32,000 nucleotides of DNA from Gammaproteobacteria bacterium (GTDB taxonomy: Bacteria; Pseudomonadota; Gammaproteobacteria; JBIOEC01). The stretch covers positions 1,680,001 through 1,712,000 of the forward strand of contig OZ257143.1 in the NCBI GenBank assembly GCA_965279305.1, written 5' to 3'. The notes below the pieces were generated by a model that worked only from the letters and a program-made list of their open reading frames with translations, was not told the DNA's origin and searched no databases. Positions 1-9,254 of this stretch are shown here, piece by piece. The position numbers were made by a program, and so were the translations under genes. Each line of letters opens with the position of its first letter. Position 1 is the stretch's first letter.

Positions 1-78
1 GAAATATAATTGTACGCAATAGTTGAGCAACTCGCTACTTCTGAAAGCTAAAAGTTTATTAAAAACCAGGTATTTAAT

Positions 79-129
79 GTGGATTGCCACGGCTGCCCTT
101 TATAAATAAAGGACAGCCTCGCAATGACA
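79..129. repeat. Palindromic REP-like intergenic element, copy 1
   Basis: The sequence is GTGGATTGCCACGGCTGCCCTTTATAAATAAAGGACAGCCTCGCAATGACA. The inner arms GGCTGCCCTTTAT and ATAAAGGACAGCC form a 13-bp stem with one mismatch. The outer arms ATTGC..GGC / GCC..GCAAT are shared with the copy at 11494-11529. It lies just 3' of the csrA stop. Confidence 0.6.
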
Positions 130-137
130 GAAATTAA

Positions 138-356
138 TTAGTTGGATTCGTCTGAACCGTGATCGGAATCAGATTGCGCAGATGGATTCTGCTTTTCTTG
201 TTGTATACGCTGATAAATTTCTTCTCGGTGTACAGATACTGTTTTAGGCGCATTGACACCAATACGCACTTGGTTACCTTTCACTCCAAGCACGGTCACA
301 GTGACTTCGTCACCGATCATCAGGGTTTCACCCACACGCCTGGTTAAAATTAACAT
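138..356 (-). CDS. csrA: Carbon storage regulator CsrA (72 aa)
   Basis: [48 protein letters not shown] is the canonical CsrA core. The ATG at 356 is preceded by AAAGGAG. The 125-aa ORF in the track is an upstream in-frame extension. The TAA stop is at 138-140. Confidence 0.95.
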   Translation of the reverse strand: MLILTRRVGETLMIGDEVTVTVLGVKGNQVRIGVNAPKTVSVHREEIYQRIQQEKQNPSAQSDSDHGSDESN

Positions 357-487
357 GGTACTAAACTCCTTTTCTTGTGCTTCCATTCTTAGAGCGTATG
401 TCCAACCACTCTTTACTGCTTTTTTAAGTCCGGTAAGCGCATTATTTATAGTTATAAAACTGGCAAAATCGACCAATTTCACATTAA

Positions 488-515
488 AGTATAGCGAGTT
501 TGAGGATGTTTGCAA
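488..515 (-). promoter_or_regulatory. Candidate sigma70 promoter for csrA
   Basis: The minus strand reads TTGCAA (515-510), a 16-nt spacer, then TATACT (493-488). This predicts a leader of about 125 nt that carries four GGA motifs. Confidence 0.35.
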
Positions 516-591
516 GATAGAAAGCTGTGCAATTATTCTAAGAGGGAGAGTTGACCTACCGCCTGAACGTTTAAAAAAGCGATCTCAAAGG

Positions 592-1824
592 CTATTCCTC
601 ATAAGGATCCTCTGCCAAGTGGAAGGTTTCATGCAAAGTTCTAACCCCCAACTCCAAGTATTTTTCCTCTACTACCACTGAAATCTTAATTTCAGAAGTG
701 GTGATCAGTTGAATGTTAATACCCTCTTTACCCAAGGCATTAAACATTGTACTGGCAATACCCGCATGTGAGCGCATACCTACACCCACCAGCGATATTT
801 TTACAATTTTTTTATCGCCTATCACTTCACCTGCTTTTAATTCTTTGGCAATTTTTTCTAAAATATCTTTTGCCGCTTTATAATCATTTTTATGAACCGT
901 AAAAGTAAAGTCAGTGGTTCCATCAGCAGACGCATTTTGAACAATCATATCCACATCAATATTGGCTGCACTAATAGGCCCTAAAATTTTAAATGCCACA
1001 CCGGGTTTATCAGGAATATGACGAACGGTTAATTTTGCTTCGTCTTTGTTATAGGCAATACCTGCAATAAGTGGATATTCCATTTTCTGCTCCTCAACTG
1101 AAATCAATGTACCAGGACCTTCTACAAATGTAGACAATACACGCAAAGGCACTTTATAACGGCCTGCGAATTCAACGGCGCGGATCTGCAATACTTTAGC
1201 GCCTAAACTGGCTAGCTCTAACATTTCTTCAAAAGTTACTCGTTTTAATAAACGCGCTCTAGGCTCAATACGAGGATCAGTGGTGTACACCCCTTCCACA
1301 TCTGTAAAAATTTGGCATTCATCTGCTTTTAACGCGGCCGCTAATGCAACGGCTGTTGTATCCGAACCACCACGCCCTAATGTAGTCACATCACCGTGTT
1401 CTGTAATTCCTTGAAATCCAGCTACCACTACTACATAGCCTGCTGCTAAATCTTTTTCAATCTTGTCTGCATCAATAGATAAAATTCTGGCTTTACTAAA
1501 AGCATCAGAGGTAATAATGGGCACTTGGTGTCCCATATACGATTTGGCAGGACAACCAATTTGATTTAAAGCCATGGCTAACAAAGCAATTGTTTCTTGT
1601 TCGCCGGTAGCTAACAACACATCATATTCACGTAGGTGAGGGGTTTCTCCTGCAATCGTAAGTGCTTTCTGAACTAATTCATCGGTTCGGCCACTAATGG
1701 CAGATACCACAACAACAATATCATGGCCTGCCTCTTTAGAGGCTTTCACTTTATTAGCGACATTTTTGATGCGCTCTAGATCACCAACGGAAGTGCCACC
1801 AAATTTTTGTACAATTAACGCCAT
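592..1824 (-). CDS. lysC: Aspartate kinase (monofunctional, 410 aa)
   Basis: The N-terminus MALIVQKFGGTSVG, the GRGGSDTTA motif and the C-terminal ACT-like region are typical of aspartokinases. The position between alaS and csrA is conserved in many gammaproteobacteria. The ATG lies 2 nt after the alaS stop. Confidence 0.92.
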   Translation of the reverse strand: MALIVQKFGGTSVGDLERIKNVANKVKASKEAGHDIVVVVSAISGRTDELVQKALTIAGETPHLREYDVLLATGEQETIALLAMALNQIGCPAKSYMGHQVPIITSDAFSKARILSIDADKIEKDLAAGYVVVVAGFQGITEHGDVTTLGRGGSDTTAVALAAALKADECQIFTDVEGVYTTDPRIEPRARLLKRVTFEEMLELASLGAKVLQIRAVEFAGRYKVPLRVLSTFVEGPGTLISVEEQKMEYPLIAGIAYNKDEAKLTVRHIPDKPGVAFKILGPISAANIDVDMIVQNASADGTTDFTFTVHKNDYKAAKDILEKIAKELKAGEVIGDKKIVKISLVGVGMRSHAGIASTMFNALGKEGINIQLITTSEIKISVVVEEKYLELGVRTLHETFHLAEDPYEE

Positions 1825-1826
1825 AA

Positions 1827-4472
1827 TTATTTCACTCTATCTTTTACCCAATTTTCTACTGATGCTAATGCGCTTGGTAATTTTTCTGGTTGTCCGCCAC
1901 CTTGTGCAAAATCGGGTTTACCACCGCCTTTACCATCAATTTGTTCAGCAATCGATTGCACTAATTGATTAGCAGGACATGTGCTAGCTAAAGACTTACT
2001 CACAGCAGCTACAACTGCCACTTGATTTTCTTCTACCGCAGCCAAACAAACTACCGCTTTGTCCCATTTGCTGAGCAACATTTCAGTCGCTTCTTTTAAG
2101 CCTTTACGACCTGCTTCATTAAAAGTAGCTGATAACACCATAATGTCACCTACTTTTTTAGCTTTAGGAATAAGCTCTTCAATAGCATATCGAATATTTT
2201 TACTTTGCCAACGTTCTATTTCTTTTTCTAGCTCGCGATTGCGATCTAATAGTTGCTGCAGTTTTACAGGCACCTGATCTTTAGATGTTTTTAGCAAACC
2301 TGCCATTTCTGACATGTTTTTGTCTTGCTCTGCAATATATTCAAACGCAGTGGGACCTGTAATTGCTTCTATGCGTCGCACTCCGGCTGCAATTCCGGTT
2401 TCTTGTGTTATTTTAACCAAGCCAATATCTCCTGTATGTGAAACATGTGTACCACCACATAATTCAATAGAAAATGCATCTTGTTTATTTTCCGTGGCTG
2501 TATTTCCGATGGTCAGTACGCGCACTTTATCGCCATATTTTTCTTCAAACAAGGCCAAAGCACCACGTTCAGTTGCCTGCTCTTTATCAAGCACTTCTGC
2601 ACATACCGGTGAATTTTTCCAAATTTGCTCATTCACAATCCATTCAATTTCACGGATCTGTTGTGGCGTTACCGGTGAAAAATGTGCAAAATCAAATCGC
2701 AAATAATTTGGATTTACTAAAGAACCTTTTTGAACCACATGAGTGCCCAATACTTTTCGCAAAGCCGCATGCAATAAATGAGTGGCCGAATGATTCAAAC
2801 GAGTCGCTTCACGTGCTTTAATATTTATTTCTGCTGTTAATATCTTTCCAACAGCAAATTCGCCTTTCTCAATCTCACCATGATGTAAAATAATACCATC
2901 TTGTTTAGTGGTGTCTTTAACAACAAAACGATTTTTACCATCAATCAAGTAACCGGTATCACCTACTTGACCACCACCTTCAGGATAAAACGGTGTTTTA
3001 TCCAAAATAATAATACCGGTATCACCTTCAGCTAAGGTTTCCACTAATTTAAAAGTATTTTCGTCGGCTTTTAATATTCGAATTATATTTCCTTTATCCG
3101 TTCCCTGAGTATAGCCAGTAAATTCAGTTGCTGACAAATCATCTAGTGGCATGCGCTCAGCCATCACAAAAGAACTATGTGCTTGCGATTGAGCTCGCTG
3201 CTGCTCCATACATTTCTCAAAACCTTTAATATCTATAGTAAAGCCATGTTCGCGCGCCATATCAGCCGATAAATCGACGGGAAAACCATAAGTATCATAG
3301 AGCTTAAAGATCACATCGCCAGCAATTTCTTTATTGGTTTGATTGGCAGTGGCTTGCTGAAAAATTTTCATACCTTGAGCTAAGGTTTTAGAAAATTGCT
3401 GCTCTTCTTGCAACAATACTTGCTCTATATTTTTAGTTTCTTTGGCTTGTCTTACAAAAAAATCACCCATAATATGGAATAAGGGTTTCACTAATTTATG
3501 CAAAAAAGCTTGTTGAATACCTAGTTTGTAACCATGTCGAACCGCACGTCTGATAATTCGGCGTAATACATAACCCCGACCTTCATTAGAAGGACGAACC
3601 CCATCAGCAATTAAAAAACTCGTAGAACGAATATGATCCGCAATAACACGCAATGAAGGCTGGTTCAAATCAGTTGTTTTCGCAATGTTGGCAACTTCAG
3701 CAATTAATTCTTTAAAAATATCAATATCATAATTGCTATTTACGTCTTGCATTACAGCAGCTAAACGCTCTAATCCCATACCGGTATCTACTGAAGGTTT
3801 TGGCAAAGACGTCATTTTACCGTCAGCTGCTCGATTGAACTGCATAAACACCAAATTCCAAATCTCTACATAGCGATCACCATCTCCATCAGCGCTACCG
3901 GGTGGACCACCCTCAATATGATCACCATGATCATAGAAAATTTCAGTGCAAGGCCCGCACGGGCCTACATCGCCCATACTCCAAAAATTATCTTCATCAC
4001 AACGCGACAAACGTTTAGGATCGATTTTAATTTCATTTATCCAAATATCTTCGGCTTCTTTATCTGTAATATGTACAGTGATCCATAATTTTTCGGGAGG
4101 GAGCTTTAATTCTTGAGTTAAAAATTCCCAGGCAAATTCTATGGCTTGTTTTTTAAAATAATCACCAAAACTAAAATTGCCTAACATTTCAAAAAACGTA
4201 TGATGACGAGCTGTGTAACCTACATTATCTAAATCGTTGTGTTTTCCGCCTGCTCTTACGCAGCCTTGTGAGCTTACTGCTCTTTTATATGGGCGTTGTT
4301 CATGCCCTAGAAATACATCTTTAAATTGCACCATACCGGCATTAGTAAATAATAAGGTGGGATCGTTACCCGGGATCAGTGAACTTCCAGGAACTAAGGT
4401 ATGGTTTTTTGACTCGAAATACGTAATAAAACGCTTACGTAACTCATCAGTGCTATAGGTACTATGTTTCAT
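1827..4472 (-). CDS. alaS: Alanine--tRNA ligase (881 aa)
   Basis: It is full length with class II AlaRS motifs (FTNAGM, RAGGKHNDLDNVG, the editing-domain HSATHLLH and the C-terminal DHHA1 GGGKPDFAQGGG). The ATG overlaps the recX TGA as ATGA. Confidence 0.97.
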   Translation of the reverse strand: MKHSTYSTDELRKRFITYFESKNHTLVPGSSLIPGNDPTLLFTNAGMVQFKDVFLGHEQRPYKRAVSSQGCVRAGGKHNDLDNVGYTARHHTFFEMLGNFSFGDYFKKQAIEFAWEFLTQELKLPPEKLWITVHITDKEAEDIWINEIKIDPKRLSRCDEDNFWSMGDVGPCGPCTEIFYDHGDHIEGGPPGSADGDGDRYVEIWNLVFMQFNRAADGKMTSLPKPSVDTGMGLERLAAVMQDVNSNYDIDIFKELIAEVANIAKTTDLNQPSLRVIADHIRSTSFLIADGVRPSNEGRGYVLRRIIRRAVRHGYKLGIQQAFLHKLVKPLFHIMGDFFVRQAKETKNIEQVLLQEEQQFSKTLAQGMKIFQQATANQTNKEIAGDVIFKLYDTYGFPVDLSADMAREHGFTIDIKGFEKCMEQQRAQSQAHSSFVMAERMPLDDLSATEFTGYTQGTDKGNIIRILKADENTFKLVETLAEGDTGIIILDKTPFYPEGGGQVGDTGYLIDGKNRFVVKDTTKQDGIILHHGEIEKGEFAVGKILTAEINIKAREATRLNHSATHLLHAALRKVLGTHVVQKGSLVNPNYLRFDFAHFSPVTPQQIREIEWIVNEQIWKNSPVCAEVLDKEQATERGALALFEEKYGDKVRVLTIGNTATENKQDAFSIELCGGTHVSHTGDIGLVKITQETGIAAGVRRIEAITGPTAFEYIAEQDKNMSEMAGLLKTSKDQVPVKLQQLLDRNRELEKEIERWQSKNIRYAIEELIPKAKKVGDIMVLSATFNEAGRKGLKEATEMLLSKWDKAVVCLAAVEENQVAVVAAVSKSLASTCPANQLVQSIAEQIDGKGGGKPDFAQGGGQPEKLPSALASVENWVKDRVK

Positions 4473-4918
4473 TCTATATTCTCTGTAAAAGTCTCTAGCA
4501 AAATACGAATATGTTCAGAAGTAAATCCACGTTGATATAGAAAACGTTGTTGTTTTACTACTTCAACATCGGGGTGTAAACGCATATATTTTTCCAAAAC
4601 TTTTTTAGCATGCGTTACCCAGTCTACTTTATAAACCGCTAAGGTTTCTTCCGCCAATAGAGGTTTAACCCCTTTATTTTGTAATTCTTGCTGAATACGC
4701 ACAGGCCCATATCCACGTTGAATACGGCTTTGAGTATAAAGTTCTGCGAATCGCTCATCACTCAGCAAACTCTTAGCTGCTAATGCCTGAATAACAGGAT
4801 TTGCTTCAGACGCTTCAAAACCTTTAGCCAGCAGTTTTAAAAATAATTCCTGCTGGCTATGCTCACGTCTTGCTAATAAATTCAGTGCTCTATTATAGCA
4901 ATGATTAGAATCAGCCAC
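4469..4918 (-). CDS. recX: Recombination regulator RecX (149 aa)
   Basis: The RecX-like helical repeats (ALNLLARREHSQQELFLKL...) and the position directly after recA support the call. The GTG start lies 2 nt after the recA TAA. Confidence 0.85.
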   Translation of the reverse strand: MADSNHCYNRALNLLARREHSQQELFLKLLAKGFEASEANPVIQALAAKSLLSDERFAELYTQSRIQRGYGPVRIQQELQNKGVKPLLAEETLAVYKVDWVTHAKKVLEKYMRLHPDVEVVKQQRFLYQRGFTSEHIRILLETFTENIE

Positions 4919-4920
4919 TG

Positions 4921-5973
4921 TTATGCTTCAAGCTCTTCTTCGATATCCGCTGCAGCATTAGCATCAGCAGGAATCGCCGAAGGTTTGGTTAGCAATTCTG
5001 CACGAATTCTCTTTTCCAAATCGGCAGCTGTTGCCGTATTTTCTAATAAGAATTGGCGTACATTATCTTTACCTTGACCAATTTTAGTGCCTTGATAACT
5101 ATACCAAGCACCTGCTTTATCAATAAAGCCTAATTTAACAGCTAAATCAATGATTTCTCCCGTGCGAGAAATACCTTCGTTATAGAGAATATCAAATTCA
5201 GCTTCTCTAAACGGCGGTGCCACTTTATTTTTTACTACCTTCACTCGCGTTTGGTTACCTACGACTTCTTCGCCAGATTTAATAGAACCAATACGGCGTA
5301 TATCCAAACGCACAGAAGCATAAAACTTCAAGGCATTACCACCCGTAGTGGTTTCAGGATTACCAAACATCACACCAATTTTCATACGAATTTGGTTAAT
5401 AAAAATAACCAAGGTGTTAGAACGTTTAATATTTCCGGTGAGTTTACGTAAAGCTTGTGACATTAAGCGTGCTTGCAAGCCCATATGGCTATCACCCATC
5501 TCGCCTTCAATTTCAGCTTTAGGGGTTAAGGCTGCTACAGAATCGACAACAACAATATCAACAGCACCAGAACGCACTAACATATCGGCAATTTCTAATG
5601 CTTGTTCGCCGGTATCAGGTTGTGACACTAATAAATCATCTACATTAACGCCAAGCTTACGAGCATAACCAGGATCGAAAGCATGTTCAGCATCAATAAA
5701 CGCAGCCGTACCACCAATTTTTTGACATTGTGCAATAGCATGCAATGTTAAAGTGGTTTTACCTGAAGACTCAGGCCCGTAAATTTCAACAATACGTCCA
5801 CGAGGTAGACCACCAAGACCTAAGGCTATATCCAACATCAAAGAGCCTGTTGAAATCACTTGAATATCTTCGCTAACGGTAGAGTCTCCCATACGCATAA
5901 TGGCGCCGGCACCACATTGACGTTTAATTTGGCTAAGTGCTGCTTCTAATGCTTTTTGTTTATTAGTATCCAT
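4921..5973 (-). CDS. recA: Recombinase RecA (350 aa)
   Basis: It has the Walker A motif [10 protein letters not shown] and the [14 protein letters not shown] and [27 protein letters not shown] signatures. The SD GAGGAA lies 5 nt upstream of the ATG. Confidence 0.98.
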   Translation of the reverse strand: MDTNKQKALEAALSQIKRQCGAGAIMRMGDSTVSEDIQVISTGSLMLDIALGLGGLPRGRIVEIYGPESSGKTTLTLHAIAQCQKIGGTAAFIDAEHAFDPGYARKLGVNVDDLLVSQPDTGEQALEIADMLVRSGAVDIVVVDSVAALTPKAEIEGEMGDSHMGLQARLMSQALRKLTGNIKRSNTLVIFINQIRMKIGVMFGNPETTTGGNALKFYASVRLDIRRIGSIKSGEEVVGNQTRVKVVKNKVAPPFREAEFDILYNEGISRTGEIIDLAVKLGFIDKAGAWYSYQGTKIGQGKDNVRQFLLENTATAADLEKRIRAELLTKPSAIPADANAAADIEEELEA

Positions 5974-6035
5974 ATATTTTCCTCATAAAAACTAAGATTC
6001 ATCCTGATTTTCCAACTTACTACTATTGGTTTTGT

Positions 6036-6044
6036 ATTATCGCA
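6036..6044 (-). promoter_or_regulatory. Candidate extended -10 promoter element for recA
   Basis: The minus strand reads TGCGATAAT (TGn plus GATAAT) about 65 nt upstream of the recA ATG. There is no good -35 and no CTG-N10-CAG LexA box anywhere in 5974-6149. Confidence 0.3.
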
Positions 6045-6149
6045 CACTTTTCATTAATTTGGGATGAGAAGGAGTGATTTAATCATTAACAAAAGATTAA
6101 AATAATAAAAAATAAAAAGCAATAAACCAGAGTGTAAAAATAAGTAAAA

Positions 6150-6656
6150 CTACGAATATAAGGATTTAACAAAAGGCTCACATTCTTTTATAGCCTGCAT
6201 AATCGCTTGTTTTCTTATGCTGGCTCGGTCCCCTGATAAAGTTAAAAGCTGGGTATTCACAGCAACATCCCCTTCCTTTTTTTTACATGCCCATGCTAAC
6301 CAAACAGTTCCTACGGGTTTCTCAGGAGTGCCGCCTCCTGGCCCTGCTATTCCAGTAATAGCGATGCATACATCTGATTGAGCACGAGCCAAGCCGCCTT
6401 CTGCCATTGCTTTAGCCACAGGCTCACTGACAGCACCATGATCATTCAGTAATGTTTCTGGCACATCAACAAGATCATGCTTTGATTGGTTGCAATAAGT
6501 TACCCATCCGCACCGAAACCACCGCGAACTTCCGGGAACAGCTGTTAACTCATAAGACAACCCACCACCTGTACAAGACTCTACGGTAGAAAGCATTAAT
6601 TTGTGCTCACGTAAAAAATTGCCCAGACTATCAGCGATATGGTATAAATCATCCAT
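6150..6656 (-). CDS. pncC: CinA C-terminal domain protein / NMN amidohydrolase PncC (168 aa)
   Basis: The motifs [35 protein letters not shown] and KPVGTVW match the stand-alone CinA-C/PncC family. The placement directly upstream of recA is the same as in E. coli. Confidence 0.85.
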   Translation of the reverse strand: MDDLYHIADSLGNFLREHKLMLSTVESCTGGGLSYELTAVPGSSRWFRCGWVTYCNQSKHDLVDVPETLLNDHGAVSEPVAKAMAEGGLARAQSDVCIAITGIAGPGGGTPEKPVGTVWLAWACKKKEGDVAVNTQLLTLSGDRASIRKQAIMQAIKECEPFVKSLYS

Positions 6657-6677
6657 CTTCTCATTCCCCTATTTTTT

Positions 6678-9242
6678 ATGACAACAGCAATATTAGAGCC
6701 CAGCAAAATAAATCAGCACACGCCTATGATGCAACAATATTTGCGCATCAAAGCAGAATATCCACACATGCTATTATTTTATCGCATGGGAGATTTTTAT
6801 GAGCTCTTTTTTGAAGATGCACAACGCGCTGCGCGTTTATTAAATCTCACGTTAACTCACCGCGGACAATCCGCTGGACATCCAATTCCGATGGCAGGCG
6901 TTCCTTACCATGCAGCTGAAAATTATTTAGCAAAACTCATCAAGCTCGGCGAAGCCGTTGCTATTTGCGAACAAATCGGCGAAGCCAATACAGCGATAAA
7001 AGGCCCTATGGCACGCGAAGTGGTTCGCATTGTAACGCCAGGCACAATTACCGATGAAGCATTGCTTGAAGAACGACAAGACTCATTATTAGCCTGTGTT
7101 CATCAACAAAACTCTCACTACGCATTAGTAAGCTTTGATTTAAGCAGCGGACGTTTACAAGCACAAGAATTTTCCCATAAAAATGGTTTATTAAATGCAC
7201 TTGCTCATCTGCAACCGGCAGAAACATTAATGGCTGATGATCTTAACGATCATGATATTAGCAATCATCAGCTTCGTATCACACGCTTAGCACGCACTTT
7301 ATTTGATTCCAGTATAGCAGAGCAGCAATTTTCCTTGCTACCTTCTGCCATTACGCTACCCCCTTCTTTATCATCGTTACTCAAAGTAACGGTGGGCGCA
7401 TTATTATCCTATGCTCACACCACACAAAGAACCTCATTATTACACGTACAACCCATTAATCTTATCAATGAACATGATTTGCTAATGATTGATGCAGCAA
7501 GTCAACGTAATTTAGAATTACTCGCTAATTTGCGCGGAGGTTCAGAGCACACGCTAAACCAAATCATTAATAAAACACAAACGGCTATGGGCAGTCGTTT
7601 ATTAAAACGTTGGTTGGTAAGACCTATTCGTGATCATCAAGAATTACAACGACGATATACGCTGCTTAAAAATCTGATGGAAGAAGATTACGAATTACTG
7701 CAAAACACCTTGCACTCTGTAGGTGATATGGAACGTATTTTGGCAAGGGTGGGGTTAAAAAGTGCTAGACCCCGCGATCTCGCTCAGCTACGCTCAGCAT
7801 TAAGCGTTATTCCCACTGTGCAATTATTTTTAACGCGATTTAAAGATGGGTTGTCTCAAGAATTACAAAATAAAATTAATCATTTTCCTGAACTTTATGA
7901 CTTGCTGCAAAAAGCCATTATTGAAAGCCCACCGCATTTAATACGCGATGGCGGTGTTATTGCCAAAGGTTATGATGCTGAACTTGATGAGTTAAGAGAT
8001 CTTAGCGAAAATGCACAACAATTTTTATTGGATCTAGAAAACCGTGAGCGCGAACAGACTCAATTAAGCACGCTAAAAGTAGGATATAATCGTATTCATG
8101 GTTATTATATTGAGCTTAGTCGTCAGCAAGGGGAACTTGCCCCTACTCATTACACCAGACGGCAAACGCTAAAAAATGCAGAGCGTTATATCACACCTGA
8201 ACTAAAATCATTTGAAGATAAAGTATTAAGCGCGCAAGATAGAGCACTTTCTCGTGAAAAATATTTGTATGAAGAACTGCTTAATCAAATTAGCCAGTAT
8301 TTGCAAGCATTACAACAAACCGCGAGTTATTTAAGCATTTTAGACGTTATGGCTAATTTTGCTGAGCGTTCACATACTTTACAACTCCACTGCCCTACTT
8401 TACATGATCAGATCGGTTTGGATATTAAACAAGGAAGACATTTAGTAGTAGAGCAAATAAGTGATTCTGCTTTTGTACCGAATGATCTTATTATTACACC
8501 ATCACAACGAGTGATGATTATCACTGGCCCTAATATGGGTGGGAAATCCACTTATATGCGACAAACAGCATTGATAGTGATACTCGCGCATATCGGTTGT
8601 TTTGTTCCTGCAGAATCAGCAAACTTGGGAAATATTGATGGTATTTTTACTCGTATAGGAGCCGCCGATGATTTAGCGGGTGGGCGCTCTACTTTTATGG
8701 TGGAAATGACAGAAACAGCGCATATTTTAAAATACGCGACAGAAAAAAGCCTAGTGCTTTTAGATGAAATTGGTAGAGGTACCAGCACATTTGATGGCTT
8801 GGCACTCGCCTGGGCAGTAATCAACCATTTAACAGAGCATACTAAAGCCTTAACTTTATTTGCCACACATTATGCCGAACTTACTCTTTTACCTGAGCAA
8901 CAATCCAACATTAAAAATTTACATGTCACTGCGAGCGAGCATCTAGGACAATTAATATTTTTACATCAAGTACATGAGGGGGCTGCAGAGCAAAGTTACG
9001 GTATACAAGTAGCACAATTAGCAGGGATCCCTGACAGTATTATTCAACAAGCGCATCAGAAATTAAAAGAATTGGAAATCACTGAAACTAATGACAAAGC
9101 AGAACCCATTCAAAAAACGATGGTTTCAATAGCAACTCCTGATAGCGAATTAATTAAAACGCTAAAACATATTCAAGTAGATGAACTTTCACCTAAACAA
9201 GCATTGGATGTGCTTTATCAATTAAAAGCGCTATTAAAATAA
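6678..9242 (+). CDS. mutS: DNA mismatch repair protein MutS (854 aa)
   Basis: It has the N-terminal [16 protein letters not shown] and [11 protein letters not shown] motifs, the Walker [10 protein letters not shown] and the STFMVEM and [12 protein letters not shown] motifs. Confidence 0.97.
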   Translation: MTTAILEPSKINQHTPMMQQYLRIKAEYPHMLLFYRMGDFYELFFEDAQRAARLLNLTLTHRGQSAGHPIPMAGVPYHAAENYLAKLIKLGEAVAICEQIGEANTAIKGPMAREVVRIVTPGTITDEALLEERQDSLLACVHQQNSHYALVSFDLSSGRLQAQEFSHKNGLLNALAHLQPAETLMADDLNDHDISNHQLRITRLARTLFDSSIAEQQFSLLPSAITLPPSLSSLLKVTVGALLSYAHTTQRTSLLHVQPINLINEHDLLMIDAASQRNLELLANLRGGSEHTLNQIINKTQTAMGSRLLKRWLVRPIRDHQELQRRYTLLKNLMEEDYELLQNTLHSVGDMERILARVGLKSARPRDLAQLRSALSVIPTVQLFLTRFKDGLSQELQNKINHFPELYDLLQKAIIESPPHLIRDGGVIAKGYDAELDELRDLSENAQQFLLDLENREREQTQLSTLKVGYNRIHGYYIELSRQQGELAPTHYTRRQTLKNAERYITPELKSFEDKVLSAQDRALSREKYLYEELLNQISQYLQALQQTASYLSILDVMANFAERSHTLQLHCPTLHDQIGLDIKQGRHLVVEQISDSAFVPNDLIITPSQRVMIITGPNMGGKSTYMRQTALIVILAHIGCFVPAESANLGNIDGIFTRIGAADDLAGGRSTFMVEMTETAHILKYATEKSLVLLDEIGRGTSTFDGLALAWAVINHLTEHTKALTLFATHYAELTLLPEQQSNIKNLHVTASEHLGQLIFLHQVHEGAAEQSYGIQVAQLAGIPDSIIQQAHQKLKELEITETNDKAEPIQKTMVSIATPDSELIKTLKHIQVDELSPKQALDVLYQLKALLK

Positions 9243-9254
9243 CAACGCTAAAAT

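Noticed and set aside
1-78. Possible gene or tRNA at the left edge downstream of csrA
   Set aside because: All three plus-strand frames hit stops within 25 nt. One minus-strand frame is open but has no convincing start. I could fold no cloverleaf-like structure by eye.
138-515. The 125-aa form of the csrA ORF listed in the track
   Set aside because: The conserved CsrA sequence begins at MLILTRR (ATG 356) and has its own AAAGGAG SD. The upstream 53 codons have no CsrA counterpart and overlap the likely promoter and leader.
253-681. 142-aa plus-strand ORF spanning csrA (antisense) and the csrA-lysC spacer
   Set aside because: It is antisense to a confidently identified gene, has no SD and gives a low-complexity product. 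I treat it as a chance ORF.
2059-4458. Several 72-130 aa plus-strand ORFs inside alaS (2059-2277, 2314-2706, 2474-2821, 4237-4458)
   Set aside because: All are antisense to a full-length alaS. They have no recognisable motifs or start signals. These are typical shadow ORFs.
5251-5668. Antisense ORFs within recA (66 and 106 aa)
   Set aside because: They are shadow ORFs opposite a highly conserved gene.
5974-6149. LexA/SOS box upstream of recA
   Set aside because: No CTG-N10-CAG palindrome is present by eye on either strand. This is reported as an absence, not a feature.
8552-8866. 104-aa antisense ORF inside mutS
   Set aside because: It is a shadow ORF opposite the conserved ATPase domain of MutS.
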